Assembly (NCBI GenBank): GCA_036262515.1
Contig: DATAIT010000055.1
Span: forward strand, 1,532 to 65,531
DNA length: 64,000 nucleotides
Reading direction: 5' to 3'
From: Acidimicrobiales bacterium
Lineage (GTDB): Bacteria; Actinomycetota; Acidimicrobiia; Acidimicrobiales; GCA-2861595
A program made the position numbers and the translations under genes. Each line of letters begins with the position of its first letter. The first letter of the stretch is position 1. The notes under the pieces are model-generated. The model did no database searches, was not told where the DNA came from, and worked only from the letters and a program-made list of their open reading frames with translations. This document shows, one piece after another, positions 39,068 through 48,367 of this stretch.

Positions 39068-39322
39068 GTGAACGCCAGCGACGTCGAGAACGGGCTTCGG
39101 ACATTCATCGTCCAGCAGCTCGGATGGCATGGGCAGGAGCTCACCAGTGACCTGTCTCTCATCGAGAACCAGGTCATCGACTCACTCGGGATCTTCGAGA
39201 TCGTCAACCATCTCGAGGCGCAGTACAACGTGGAGATCGGTGACGAGGACCTGGTGCCGGACAACTTCGAGACCCTCGACGCCCTCGCGCGCCTGGTCGT
39301 GGCAAAGAGCCAGGCGCCGTGA
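39068..39322 (+). CDS. Acyl/peptidyl carrier protein
   Basis: 84 aa starting at the GTG at 39068, preceded by AGGAAAGGA. The phosphopantetheine site is 'VIDSLGIFEIV'. Confidence 0.85.
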   Translation: MNASDVENGLRTFIVQQLGWHGQELTSDLSLIENQVIDSLGIFEIVNHLEAQYNVEIGDEDLVPDNFETLDALARLVVAKSQAP

Positions 39323-40926
39323 GCTACCTGCTCTCGCACCTGCTGACGGAGGCTTCCCTGCGGAACCCGGCGGGAGTGGCCGTGGTGGACGGAGCGAGGA
39401 GCCTCACCTACGAGGGGCTCGAGAAGCGTGCGAACCAGGTGGCCAACCTCCTCGAGGAGCTGGGCGTGGGCCCCGGCGACCGAGTGGCCCTCTACCTCGA
39501 CAAGTCGCTGGACTCGGTCGTGGGGATCTACGGGATCCTGCGGGCGGGCGCCGCGTACGTACCGCTCGACCCGGACGCACCTGTCCACCGTCTGGCGTTC
39601 ATCGTGCAGAACTGCGGGGTGGCGGTCGTGCTCACCGGAGCCGAGAAGCGCGAGCGGTGGCCCGACCTCTGCGCCGCGGCGCCGACGATCCGTCATCTCG
39701 TCGTCCTCAACGCCAAGGCGACCGAGGTGTCCGACGGCGACGACACGATCGTCCGTGCCGGGCTCTCCGAGCTCGACTCCCAGGCGACGTCGGCTGCCGC
39801 TTCCGGCGCCATCAGCCTGGATCTGGCGTACATCCTCTACACCTCCGGCTCCACCGGTGACCCCAAGGGGGTCATGCTCACCCACGACAACGCCCTGGCT
39901 TTCGTGACCTGGGCCGCCCGGGAGTTCTCGGTGTCGACGGACGACCGGCTCTCCAGCCATGCTCCGCTGCACTTCGACTTGTCGGTGTTCGACCTGTTCG
40001 CGGCATCTCTGGCGGGTGCCGCCGTCGTGCTGGTCCCCCGGACGGCGTCGATCTTCCCGACGAAGCTGGCTTCCTTCATCGCGCAGGCGGAGATCAGCGT
40101 CTGGTACTCCGTCCCGTCCATCCTCAGCATGCTCGCCCTGAGGGGAGGGTTGAAGCCCGGCGACCTCCCGGTCCTTCGGACCGTGCTCTTCGCCGGCGAG
40201 GTGTTCCCTACGAAGTATCTCAGGAAGCTGATGCAGTCGCTTCCCGGCGTCCGCTTCGCCAATCTGTACGGGCCGACAGAGACGAACGTGTGCACGTGGT
40301 ACGACGTCCCCCCTCTTGCCGACGAGGCCGTCGAAGCGATCCCGATCGGAAAGCCGATCGACGACGTCGAAGTCTTCGTCGTCGGGGACGACGGTCGCCC
40401 CGTCGAGCGGGGTGGGACCGGCGAACTGCTCGTGCGGGGACGCACGGTCATGCGCGGGTACTGGGGCGATCGAGAGCGGTCGGCGAAGGGGCTGGTACCC
40501 GATCCTCTCGGGCGCGAGACCGGAGATCTCGTCTACCGCACCGGTGATCTCGTGCAGCAACGTGACGACGGGAACTACCGCTACCTGGGGCGGCGCGACT
40601 CGCAGATCAAGAGCCGGGGCTACAGGATCGAGCTGGGCGACATCGAAGCGGCGTTGTACGCCCATCCCGCCGTCGAGGAGTGCGCCGTGATCGCGGTGCC
40701 CGACGAGCTCGTCAGCAACCGCCTGCGGGCCTATGTGGTCCGGCGTGGGGATGCTTCCGAGGCCGAGCTGGCCAGATTCTGCGCGGAGCGCCTTCCCGGG
40801 TACATGGTCCCCGAGACCTTCTCGTTCCGGGAGGCGCTGACGAAGACCTCGACGGGGAAGATCGACCGTCGATCGTTGGCGGCCGAGGCGAACGACCAGG
40901 TCACCGCACCGCCAGATTCCGCATGA
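39319..40926 (+). CDS. Stand-alone adenylation enzyme (amino-acid adenylation / DltA-like)
   Basis: Core motifs are 'LAYILYTSGSTGDPKGV' (A3), 'FDLSVFD' (A4), 'NLYGPTETNV' (A5), 'YRTGDLV' (A8-like) and 'GRRDSQIKSRGYRIELGDIE...TSTGKIDR'. It overlaps the PCP stop by 4 nt. Confidence 0.9.
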   Translation: MSYLLSHLLTEASLRNPAGVAVVDGARSLTYEGLEKRANQVANLLEELGVGPGDRVALYLDKSLDSVVGIYGILRAGAAYVPLDPDAPVHRLAFIVQNCGVAVVLTGAEKRERWPDLCAAAPTIRHLVVLNAKATEVSDGDDTIVRAGLSELDSQATSAAASGAISLDLAYILYTSGSTGDPKGVMLTHDNALAFVTWAAREFSVSTDDRLSSHAPLHFDLSVFDLFAASLAGAAVVLVPRTASIFPTKLASFIAQAEISVWYSVPSILSMLALRGGLKPGDLPVLRTVLFAGEVFPTKYLRKLMQSLPGVRFANLYGPTETNVCTWYDVPPLADEAVEAIPIGKPIDDVEVFVVGDDGRPVERGGTGELLVRGRTVMRGYWGDRERSAKGLVPDPLGRETGDLVYRTGDLVQQRDDGNYRYLGRRDSQIKSRGYRIELGDIEAALYAHPAVEECAVIAVPDELVSNRLRAYVVRRGDASEAELARFCAERLPGYMVPETFSFREALTKTSTGKIDRRSLAAEANDQVTAPPDSA

Positions 40927-40969
40927 CCCCGTGTCGCGCCCGCATCCTGCGGGCGCCCGGCGGGAGCTG

Positions 40970-42232
40970 ATGCGGGTCCTTCGACGACAACGAAGCGCTT
41001 TCCTCGTCGGCGCCGTGGTGGCAATCGGGATGATGACATGCCTGCCGTCCCCTGCCCCGGCAGCCGACTGCGCCAGGACGTCCACCGGCGCCGTGCCCCT
41101 CACGGATCTCGGCACACGGACGTACCGTGACACGCAGGGCGGCCTCTACCCAGGTGGTGCCAACGTTCGCCCGCCGGCGCACGAAGCCCTCGGCGCGCGC
41201 CTCGCCACGACGGTCGCGCCGCTCAACCCGGCGGGCAAGCCCGACCCGGAAGGCCGGTATGTCCTGCTCTCCATCGGGATGTCGAACGCCAGCTTCGAGT
41301 TCCGTGCACTGGAGACGCTGACCACACCCGACCCCGACAGGGACGCGCATCTCGTCGTCGTGGACGGCGCCCAAGGCTCTGCCGACGCGTCCAAGTGGGC
41401 CAACCCGACGAACGCTGCCTGGGGTGAAGTCGACAACCGCCTGGCCACCGCTGGTGTCACGCGAGGGCAGGTCGCCGTTGCGTGGGTCAAGCTGGCGGAG
41501 GCGGAACCGACCGGCGCGTGGCCCGACTCCGCGCTGGAGCTGGAGGCAAACCTGGAACGGGTGGCGCGCAACCTGCGTGTCAGGTACCCGAACCTCCGGC
41601 TCGCCTACTTCTCGAGTCGAACCTACGGCGGCTACGCAACGACGAAGCTGAGCCCGGAACCGTACGCCTACGAGAGCGGATTCTCGGTGAAGCTGCGCGT
41701 CCAGAAGCAGCTCGACCGCGACCCGGAGCTCAATCCCGACCCGCTCCTCGGCCCCGTGGTGGCGCCCTGGATCGCGTGGGGGCCGTACCTGTGGGCGGAC
41801 GGCCTCCGACCGCGAGGAGACGGCTTGACGTGGGCGTGCACGGATTTCGCCGAGGATGGGACGAACCCTGCCGTCCCCGGCCGCCAGAAGGTCGCCGCTC
41901 TGCTCCTCAACTTCTTCAAGACTGACTCGACCGCCCGTCAGTGGTACCTCGCCACACCGGGTCCAGCTCCTCCGTCGACTCCTCCGACGACGTCGACTGC
42001 GCCGGTCACCACCAAGGCGCCGCCGACGACCTCCACGACGTCACCGGCGTCGGCCCCCGCCACGACCGCTGGGACGACGACGGAGCCGGTCGGCGACGGA
42101 GCCTCTCAGGACACATCCCGCCGTCCGGGACGTCCGAAGCCGCGCCGTGTCCTGTGGATCGTCGGGGCCTTTGCCGCCGGGGGCATGTATCTCGTCCTGG
42201 GAGCCGCATGGCGAGCACGACGGATCGATTAG
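40970..42232 (+). CDS. Exported protein with a possible SGNH/SASA-like esterase or acyltransferase domain, a Pro/Thr-rich linker and a C-terminal TM anchor
   Basis: ORF 40931-42232; the likely start is MRVLRRQRSAFLVGAVVAIGMM... (signal peptide). 'YVLLSIGMSNA' resembles the GxSN nucleophile block of sialate-O-acetylesterase-like folds. The linker is 'PAPPSTPPTTSTAPVTTKAPPTTSTTSP' and the terminal TM is 'VLWIVGAFAAGGMYLVLGAAW'. Confidence 0.4.
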   Translation: MRVLRRQRSAFLVGAVVAIGMMTCLPSPAPAADCARTSTGAVPLTDLGTRTYRDTQGGLYPGGANVRPPAHEALGARLATTVAPLNPAGKPDPEGRYVLLSIGMSNASFEFRALETLTTPDPDRDAHLVVVDGAQGSADASKWANPTNAAWGEVDNRLATAGVTRGQVAVAWVKLAEAEPTGAWPDSALELEANLERVARNLRVRYPNLRLAYFSSRTYGGYATTKLSPEPYAYESGFSVKLRVQKQLDRDPELNPDPLLGPVVAPWIAWGPYLWADGLRPRGDGLTWACTDFAEDGTNPAVPGRQKVAALLLNFFKTDSTARQWYLATPGPAPPSTPPTTSTAPVTTKAPPTTSTTSPASAPATTAGTTTEPVGDGASQDTSRRPGRPKPRRVLWIVGAFAAGGMYLVLGAAWRARRID

Positions 42233-42257
42233 GGCCTCGAGCGAGGCGGAGGACGCG

Positions 42258-43982
42258 CTAGTCCCCTGCCCTGATCGGCACGCCCGTCGTGTCCCGATCC
42301 ATCGCTGCCTCCGACCTCGGCGCGACCGAGGGCCTGGCGGCTGGCGCTCCGAGATTCCAGCGCCTTCCGCGTGGTGCGTACGGGTTCCGGCTCAGGGTCA
42401 ACCGTCGTCGGGGCAGCTGCGCCTTGTTGAGCACTGCACCGATCAGGCGCCCCTTGACCTGGGCGAGCATCTCCAGCGAGGCCTCGAGGTCGGCGCGGTG
42501 GGTACGCCCGGCGCTGACGACGATCACGACGGCGTCGACCGCCTCGGCGAGCACGGTTGCATCGGTTATCGGCAGGACGGGCGGACTGTCCACGATGACG
42601 ATGTCCGCGCCGTCGGCGATGGTGGTGAGCACGTGGCGCAGGGGTCCCTTCGAGAGGAGCTCACCCGGGTTCGTCGGGATGGGGCCCGACGCGAGGATGC
42701 GCAGGAGCGGTTCGTCCGGGACGGTCTGCAGCGCCGCCTCGAGCGGGGCGTCACCGGCCAGCACGGTGCTCAACCCCACGCCGTTCCCGGCGGCGAAGAA
42801 CTCATGTGCCCGCGGGTGGCGCAGATTGCCGTCCACCAGCGTCACCCGACGGCCGGCCCGCGCGAGGGACAACGCGAGGTTGGCGGACGTCGCTGACTTT
42901 CCCTCGCCATGGTTTGGACTGGTGATCTGGGCGATGCGAGCCGACTCGGCTCCCATGCTGAAGGCGAACGCCGTGCGGAGCCGCCTGTACGCCTCGGCCG
43001 CCTGCGATGCGGGGGCCACCAATGACACGAGATACGGAGTCTTCCGCTTGTGCCAGCCGCGAGCGGTCGGAACCAGCGCCAGCGCGGGGAGCGCCGGCCA
43101 GCCGCGCTCGAAGTCGTCCTTGCTCCTCAGGGTGTCGTCGAAGTGCTCTCGCGTGAACGCAGCGACGACTCCCAGGATGAGTCCGAGGGCGAAGCCCATC
43201 ACCAGCCAACGGCGCTTGTTGGTGCCCTGCCGGGCCGGCTCGCTGGCGGCCGACAGGATCTGCGCCCCGCCCGTCTTCGTGAGGTTCGATGCCAACCGCA
43301 ACTGGTCGAGCTGCTCCTGGAAGGCCTCACGGCGGCTGAGCGGACCGCTGCGTTGGTCGACGAGGGCGTCACGCTCGGCTTGGAGCTGGCTCCGGCGCAC
43401 GGGATCGAAGGTCGCGAGGATCTGCGCGTTGAGATCGCGGAGCGGACCGTCGGACTGCGCGATCTGCGCGTCGAGGGCGGTGATCTCCTGCTGGACGATG
43501 TCGATCGCCCCGAGGAAGTTGCTGACGAGCTGCTCCCGGCGGACCGTGACGTACGTGTCGGAGTACACCTGCGCAGCGCGACGCGCTTGTTCCTTGTTGC
43601 GGCTGCGAGCGGTGACGACCACCACGTTCGTGTCGCCGACCTGCGTGATCGACACGTCTGGATCGGCACCGAGCGTCTTGGCCGCCGCGCTCCGCACGGA
43701 CTCCGAGGCCATGACCTCGATCTCGGTGCGGACGCTCGGTTCCGCGTTGCGGGAGTCGGACTCCCCGAGCACCTGCTCGGACGAGCTCGCCTGCACGAGC
43801 ACTTCGGCGGTCGAGCGGTAGGAGCCCTTCTTCCCGGACACGTTGACGAACACCAAGGCGACGATGACGACCACCGTCAGGAGGAGCACCCTCCATCGCC
43901 GCCACAGGACACCCAGGTAGTTGCGAAACTCGATTTCATCGCCGTCCGGCACCGTGTACACGACATCCGATGGTACTGGCAC
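42258..43982 (-). CDS. Polysaccharide co-polymerase (Wzz domain) fused to a BY-kinase-like P-loop ATPase
   Basis: It has the N-terminal 'EIEFRNYLGVLWRRWRVLLLTVVV', a coiled periplasmic region and a second TM. Walker A is 'SPNHGEGKSATSANLA', A' is 'VTLVDGNLR' and Walker B is 'IVIVDSPPV'. The C-terminal tail has only one Tyr, so there is no obvious Tyr cluster. Confidence 0.85.
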   Translation of the reverse strand: MPVPSDVVYTVPDGDEIEFRNYLGVLWRRWRVLLLTVVVIVALVFVNVSGKKGSYRSTAEVLVQASSSEQVLGESDSRNAEPSVRTEIEVMASESVRSAAAKTLGADPDVSITQVGDTNVVVVTARSRNKEQARRAAQVYSDTYVTVRREQLVSNFLGAIDIVQQEITALDAQIAQSDGPLRDLNAQILATFDPVRRSQLQAERDALVDQRSGPLSRREAFQEQLDQLRLASNLTKTGGAQILSAASEPARQGTNKRRWLVMGFALGLILGVVAAFTREHFDDTLRSKDDFERGWPALPALALVPTARGWHKRKTPYLVSLVAPASQAAEAYRRLRTAFAFSMGAESARIAQITSPNHGEGKSATSANLALSLARAGRRVTLVDGNLRHPRAHEFFAAGNGVGLSTVLAGDAPLEAALQTVPDEPLLRILASGPIPTNPGELLSKGPLRHVLTTIADGADIVIVDSPPVLPITDATVLAEAVDAVVIVVSAGRTHRADLEASLEMLAQVKGRLIGAVLNKAQLPRRRLTLSRNPYAPRGRRWNLGAPAARPSVAPRSEAAMDRDTTGVPIRAGD

Positions 43983-44077
43983 TGATGGAGTCGATTTCCG
44001 TCAGGGCGCCGATGGCGTCACGGGAGCACGCAGGGCGCAAGCGAACCCGGCGCCGCCCTGGCGACAAACGGTGCACA

Positions 44078-44971
44078 TCAGTCGTCCGGCGCGTCGACCT
44101 CTCGCGCCGCTCCCTCCCGCCATGCCTGGATGGGCCGGCCGATCAAGGCTTCGAGCCGGGCGTTCGGCTCCTCGAAGTAGATGCGCAGCTCGCGCTCGAC
44201 TCCGGCGCCGATCGGCGGAGGCCGGAACCCCACCTCGTTGACCCGCCGGTACTGCCGGCGGAATGCCGCTCGTATGCTCATGGGGAGCAGCCGCCTGGTC
44301 ACGTCCTTGACCGCTGGATGGGTGGAGAGCCTCGAGAGGACCTTCGAGCGGGCGCGGCCGCCGCTGTTCTCGCTGGGCATGTCCCGGCCCAGCCCCGCAC
44401 CGTCGAGCCCGCAGGAGGCGAGCAAGGGGACGACCGTGGTCGCCGGATCGGCGGCAAACTCCTCGAAGATCGCCACGTGCACGGCGTCGGCGCCGAAGGT
44501 CTCCTGAAGGCGCTCGATGTACGGGGCATACGAGCTCCATCCGAGGTAGTCCCAACGCTCGACGTTCCGGGCGTCGCCGAAGCGGTCGGCGCTCGCGTGG
44601 ATGGCGTCCTCGAAGGTCTCGATCGGCTCGTGGCCCCGGCGACGGGCATGCCAGTACGACGAGTAGGCGCGCCCGACCGGCTCTCGCAGGATGGCGATCG
44701 TCCGCACGGTCGGATTGTGCTCCCGGAGCCGGCGGACGGCTTCGGCGTGATACATCAGGCCGGCCAGCTTTCCCAGGCGCAGGCGACCGTCTCCGACGTC
44801 GGCACCGAAGTAGAAGTCCGTGGGGAACGGGCGGCCAGCCAGGTCGGCGTCCGAGAACCATGTCATCTCGGGCCGGATCTGCGCCGTGATCGCCGGATGG
44901 CGAGCGAGGTAGGCGAGGAGGCTCGTCGTGCCGCTCTTCTGCGATCCGACGATCATGAGGTCGACGGGCAT
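44078..44971 (-). CDS. Sulfotransferase 5
   Basis: 'LMIVGSQKSGTTSLLAYL' is the PAPS loop; the 3'-PB region is 'AILREPVGRAYSSYWH'. Confidence 0.85.
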   Translation of the reverse strand: MPVDLMIVGSQKSGTTSLLAYLARHPAITAQIRPEMTWFSDADLAGRPFPTDFYFGADVGDGRLRLGKLAGLMYHAEAVRRLREHNPTVRTIAILREPVGRAYSSYWHARRRGHEPIETFEDAIHASADRFGDARNVERWDYLGWSSYAPYIERLQETFGADAVHVAIFEEFAADPATTVVPLLASCGLDGAGLGRDMPSENSGGRARSKVLSRLSTHPAVKDVTRRLLPMSIRAAFRRQYRRVNEVGFRPPPIGAGVERELRIYFEEPNARLEALIGRPIQAWREGAAREVDAPDD

Positions 44972-45095
44972 CTCTCCTCGTCAGCGCCGGCACACCACTG
45001 TGCGCCTCGGGGGCCGTAGCGTACCGGCCTCCACAGCAGTACACCACGCCCTCCACGCCGAACCCGACGACGCCGGGGTGTCGTAGCGTGGGCGG

Positions 45096-46058
45096 GTGAC
45101 AGCGGCCGTTCCTTTTCCGTTCTTCGTCGGCGTCGGCCGCTCCGGCACGACCCTTCTGCGGTCGATCTTCAACGCCCACTCAGAGCTCGCCGTGGCCCAC
45201 GAGTCACGGTTCGTGGCCGAGGTGGCCCGCCATCCCGATCGCTACGACCGAGCCGGTTCATTCGACGTCGACCGATTCGTCGACGACGTCCTGGAGGACC
45301 GGAAGATCTCCCGTATCCCCGAATGGGGCATCGACGTCGAGGTGTTCCGCCACGCCGTGCAGCGGTCGGGGGCGGACAACCCGGCTGTCGCAGTGCGGTT
45401 GATCTATCGGGCCTACGCCGACGTCAACGGCAAGCCGCGCTACGGCGACAAGACGCCGGGATACGTGCGGTTCCTGACCTCGATCGGGGACCTGCTCCCC
45501 GAGGCCCGCTTCGTGCACCTCGTGCGTGACGGCCGCGACGTGGCCCTCTCCTCGAACGACGTCGACTTCGGCGCCGCCAACCTGGTACAGGCTGCCCATC
45601 GTTGGGCAGAACGGACCCGTCGAGCCCAGGACATGGGACGCCACCTCGGCCCGGCGCGGTATCTCCTTCTTCGCTACGAAGACCTGATCGACGAACCGGA
45701 ACGGGAGGTACAGAAGGCGTGCGACTTCCTCGAGTTCACCTACGAGCCGGCCATGCTCCGTTACTTCGAGGACGTCGATCGGGTGTTCGGCGGTCTCGCC
45801 GGCCAGGAGCACCATGAGCGGCTTCGGCTTCCGGTCACCAAGGGCCTCAGGGACTGGCGCCGCCAGATGCCCCCGGACGACGTTCGTCGCTTCGAGGTCG
45901 TCGCCGGGGACATGCTGTCGGAGCTGGGCTACGAGCTCACGGCGCCCGTCGACGCACGCACGACGGCGGAGCGGACGGTCACGGCCCTGCGGGTCCTGCA
46001 GGGCAGGGCCGTGGCTGCCTATCGAGCCAGGCGCCGCGCCGGCGACAAGCGCTCCTGA
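45096..46058 (+). CDS. Sulfotransferase 6
   Basis: 'FFVGVGRSGTTLLRSIF' and 'HLVRDGRDVALS'. Confidence 0.8.
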   Translation: MTAAVPFPFFVGVGRSGTTLLRSIFNAHSELAVAHESRFVAEVARHPDRYDRAGSFDVDRFVDDVLEDRKISRIPEWGIDVEVFRHAVQRSGADNPAVAVRLIYRAYADVNGKPRYGDKTPGYVRFLTSIGDLLPEARFVHLVRDGRDVALSSNDVDFGAANLVQAAHRWAERTRRAQDMGRHLGPARYLLLRYEDLIDEPEREVQKACDFLEFTYEPAMLRYFEDVDRVFGGLAGQEHHERLRLPVTKGLRDWRRQMPPDDVRRFEVVAGDMLSELGYELTAPVDARTTAERTVTALRVLQGRAVAAYRARRRAGDKRS

Positions 46059-46079
46059 CGTCGCCCGCCCAGGGGGCTG

Positions 46080-48224
46080 TCAGGGATTGATCGTGCCGAC
46101 GCCTACGCCGTCTTGCAACAGCGCGCCGTCGACACCCGAGAGGCGCACCTCCATCGTCTCCACCGACTCGCCCACGGAGTCTGCGTTCGCCAGGACGTTG
46201 ATCGTCCTCGACGTCGTCCCGGCCGCGAAGGTGAGGGTACCGGAGGCGGCGGCGTAATCCCCTGGGGCGACGGCCGTGCGGTCCGCCGCTGCCCAGGCGA
46301 AGGAGACGGCCCTGCCGCTCACCGTCGACATGGTCACCGTGAAGGTCATCCTCTTCGTCCCGGTGGCCGGCTCGGTCACTGCGACGTCGGAGATGGAGAG
46401 GAGCGGGAGGGGCTCGTCATCAACGATCTCGGCACGCCCCGTCTCGTCCATCAGGGTGGCGTTCGCGGCGTTGGTCAGCACGACCTGGAAGTGTTCGTTG
46501 TCCTCGGGCAGACCGTCCTCGATGGTCGGCACGACGATGGTCCCGGACGTCGCTCCGGCGCTGATCGTCAGCCTCCCGGTGGTCTTCGAGTAGTCCACCC
46601 CGGCGGCGGCGCCGGCGTCCACCGTGGCGTAGTCGACAGTCACCGGCGCGGACGCCGGAGACGAGAGCGAGACGACGAATCTCTCCGCGACGCCCTCCTC
46701 GGCCGAAGCGTCGCCCACGCTGAGCTTGGGCGTCGTCTTCGGATCGCTGATCGTCATGCGGGCGACACCGTCGGCGATCGTGAGGTGCTGGGGGTTCGAG
46801 AGGACGACGGAAAGGTCCTCGGTCCCCTCGGTGAAGTCGCTGTCGGGGTTCACCTTCACCACGACGTTCTTCGAACGGACACCGGGACGGAAGGAGATGG
46901 TCCCCGAGGTGGCCGTGTAATCGCCCGGAGGAGTTGCCGTTCCGGGGACCGTCGTGAAATCCACGCTGACAGTGGTCTCGGTTGCCTTGTCGAGCACGAG
47001 CTTGCACGTGAGGTTCGACGTCCCGTCCAGCAGCTCGAAGGCGGACCCGTCTATGGCCTTGACGGACGGAGGAGCATCGTTGTCGTCGATCGTCCCCGTT
47101 GCGGTACCTCCGACGATGGCGGCGTTCTCGGCCGACGTGAGCCCGAAGATGAGGGTCTCCGGTGCCTCGTAGACGTTGTCGTCGACGGTCGGGATCAGCA
47201 CCGTGGCACTGGTCTGTCCCGCAGGGATGGTGACGCTGCCGGTTGTCGCCGGGTAGTCGATGTCGGCACCGGCCGTCCTGCCGGTCGTCGTGTAGTTCAC
47301 CGTGACCGGAAACAGGATCGACTCGCCGAGGCTGATGGTGAACCGCAGGCTTGCGCCCTCCGTGGCCTGGGATCCCGCCACCCGGAGATCGGCGTTCCTG
47401 CAGATTTGCTGCTTGCGAAGGCAGGTGTCGACCAGGGACAGGAGACGCGTCGGCTGCCACACGTTGAAGAAGTCGGCGTGGCCGGAGTAGATGCCTCCCG
47501 AGGCCAGGTCGTACCCGGTGCCGCCCTTGAGATCGTCGAAGTGCACGATCTGGAGCAGCGTGGGCAGCAGCGTGGGATGTGTGGCCGGGCACGTGCCCGT
47601 CTTCGGCATGTACGCCATGTGGCTCTTGTGGTCCGCGCTGTCGAGGTTCGTGCCGTCCCAGCACTCAGGGAAGATGATGCGGAGGCGGAGGTGCTGGCCG
47701 TCCCCGCAGGTCGGGATCTCCTGGGCCGGGTCGGTCCTCTCAGCGTCGTCGGAGTCCTGCGCGCAGGACCACGATGCGATGTTGACCGATTGCGGGGACG
47801 TGGCCTTCGAGTCGCCGGCGATCATTCGGAGCCCCTGAGGGTAGGGCTGCACGATCGTGGGGTCGGTGCCGGCTGCGGTGTAGTAGGCGGCGATCCGCTG
47901 CGGCCGGTGCACCACACCGTCGACGGTCAGCGAGGGAGCCCAGTACGCGGACAGATCCTCTTCGAAGTCGCAGGTGGTGCCGGCCGCCTGGAGCGACGAG
48001 AGGGTCGAAAACGCATCGGTCGAGACGTTGCCGAAGAAGTCGTGGCTGTGACTGGTGCCGGGGCGCTGGGGGGCGACGATCGGGTCATCGGTGAGCGAGC
48101 GGCCGTACGTGCAGACCGTCTTGAAGCTCGGAACGGAGTCGATCGTCGCGTGCGCCGGCGACAAGGGGGCCAGCGGAAGAAGACCGGCAAGCAGGGAGGT
48201 TACGGTGATGACGAGTCGTTTCAA
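46080..48224 (-). CDS. Secreted DUF1996-domain protein with four Calx-beta repeats
   Basis: The signal peptide is 'MKRLVITVTSLLAGLLPLAPLSPAHA' and the DUF1996 signature is 'DDPIVAPQRPGTSHSHDFFGN'. Four ~100-aa repeats follow, each with '...Y.T..GTA.AG.DY....G.L.F..G......I.V...DD...E..E'. Confidence 0.8.
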   Translation of the reverse strand: MKRLVITVTSLLAGLLPLAPLSPAHATIDSVPSFKTVCTYGRSLTDDPIVAPQRPGTSHSHDFFGNVSTDAFSTLSSLQAAGTTCDFEEDLSAYWAPSLTVDGVVHRPQRIAAYYTAAGTDPTIVQPYPQGLRMIAGDSKATSPQSVNIASWSCAQDSDDAERTDPAQEIPTCGDGQHLRLRIIFPECWDGTNLDSADHKSHMAYMPKTGTCPATHPTLLPTLLQIVHFDDLKGGTGYDLASGGIYSGHADFFNVWQPTRLLSLVDTCLRKQQICRNADLRVAGSQATEGASLRFTISLGESILFPVTVNYTTTGRTAGADIDYPATTGSVTIPAGQTSATVLIPTVDDNVYEAPETLIFGLTSAENAAIVGGTATGTIDDNDAPPSVKAIDGSAFELLDGTSNLTCKLVLDKATETTVSVDFTTVPGTATPPGDYTATSGTISFRPGVRSKNVVVKVNPDSDFTEGTEDLSVVLSNPQHLTIADGVARMTISDPKTTPKLSVGDASAEEGVAERFVVSLSSPASAPVTVDYATVDAGAAAGVDYSKTTGRLTISAGATSGTIVVPTIEDGLPEDNEHFQVVLTNAANATLMDETGRAEIVDDEPLPLLSISDVAVTEPATGTKRMTFTVTMSTVSGRAVSFAWAAADRTAVAPGDYAAASGTLTFAAGTTSRTINVLANADSVGESVETMEVRLSGVDGALLQDGVGVGTINP

Positions 48225-48367
48225 GGCGGTTTCTCCATGCGTCGGACAGCGGCTCCGCCTAACGTCGGCCTCCGCGGATGTCCTCTTGAGGAGCGACCGG
48301 CGGGGCCCGCGCGCTAGCCGCGTCGAGATCGCTACGCTTGTCCGAGGACGGCAGCAGGGGGAGAGAC

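Noticed and set aside
38290-41133. 947-aa minus-strand ORF spanning the ACAD-PCP-adenylation genes
   Set aside because: It has no recognisable motifs and an Arg/Gly/Pro/Asp-rich composition. The plus strand carries three genes with complete textbook motifs, so this is an antisense artefact.
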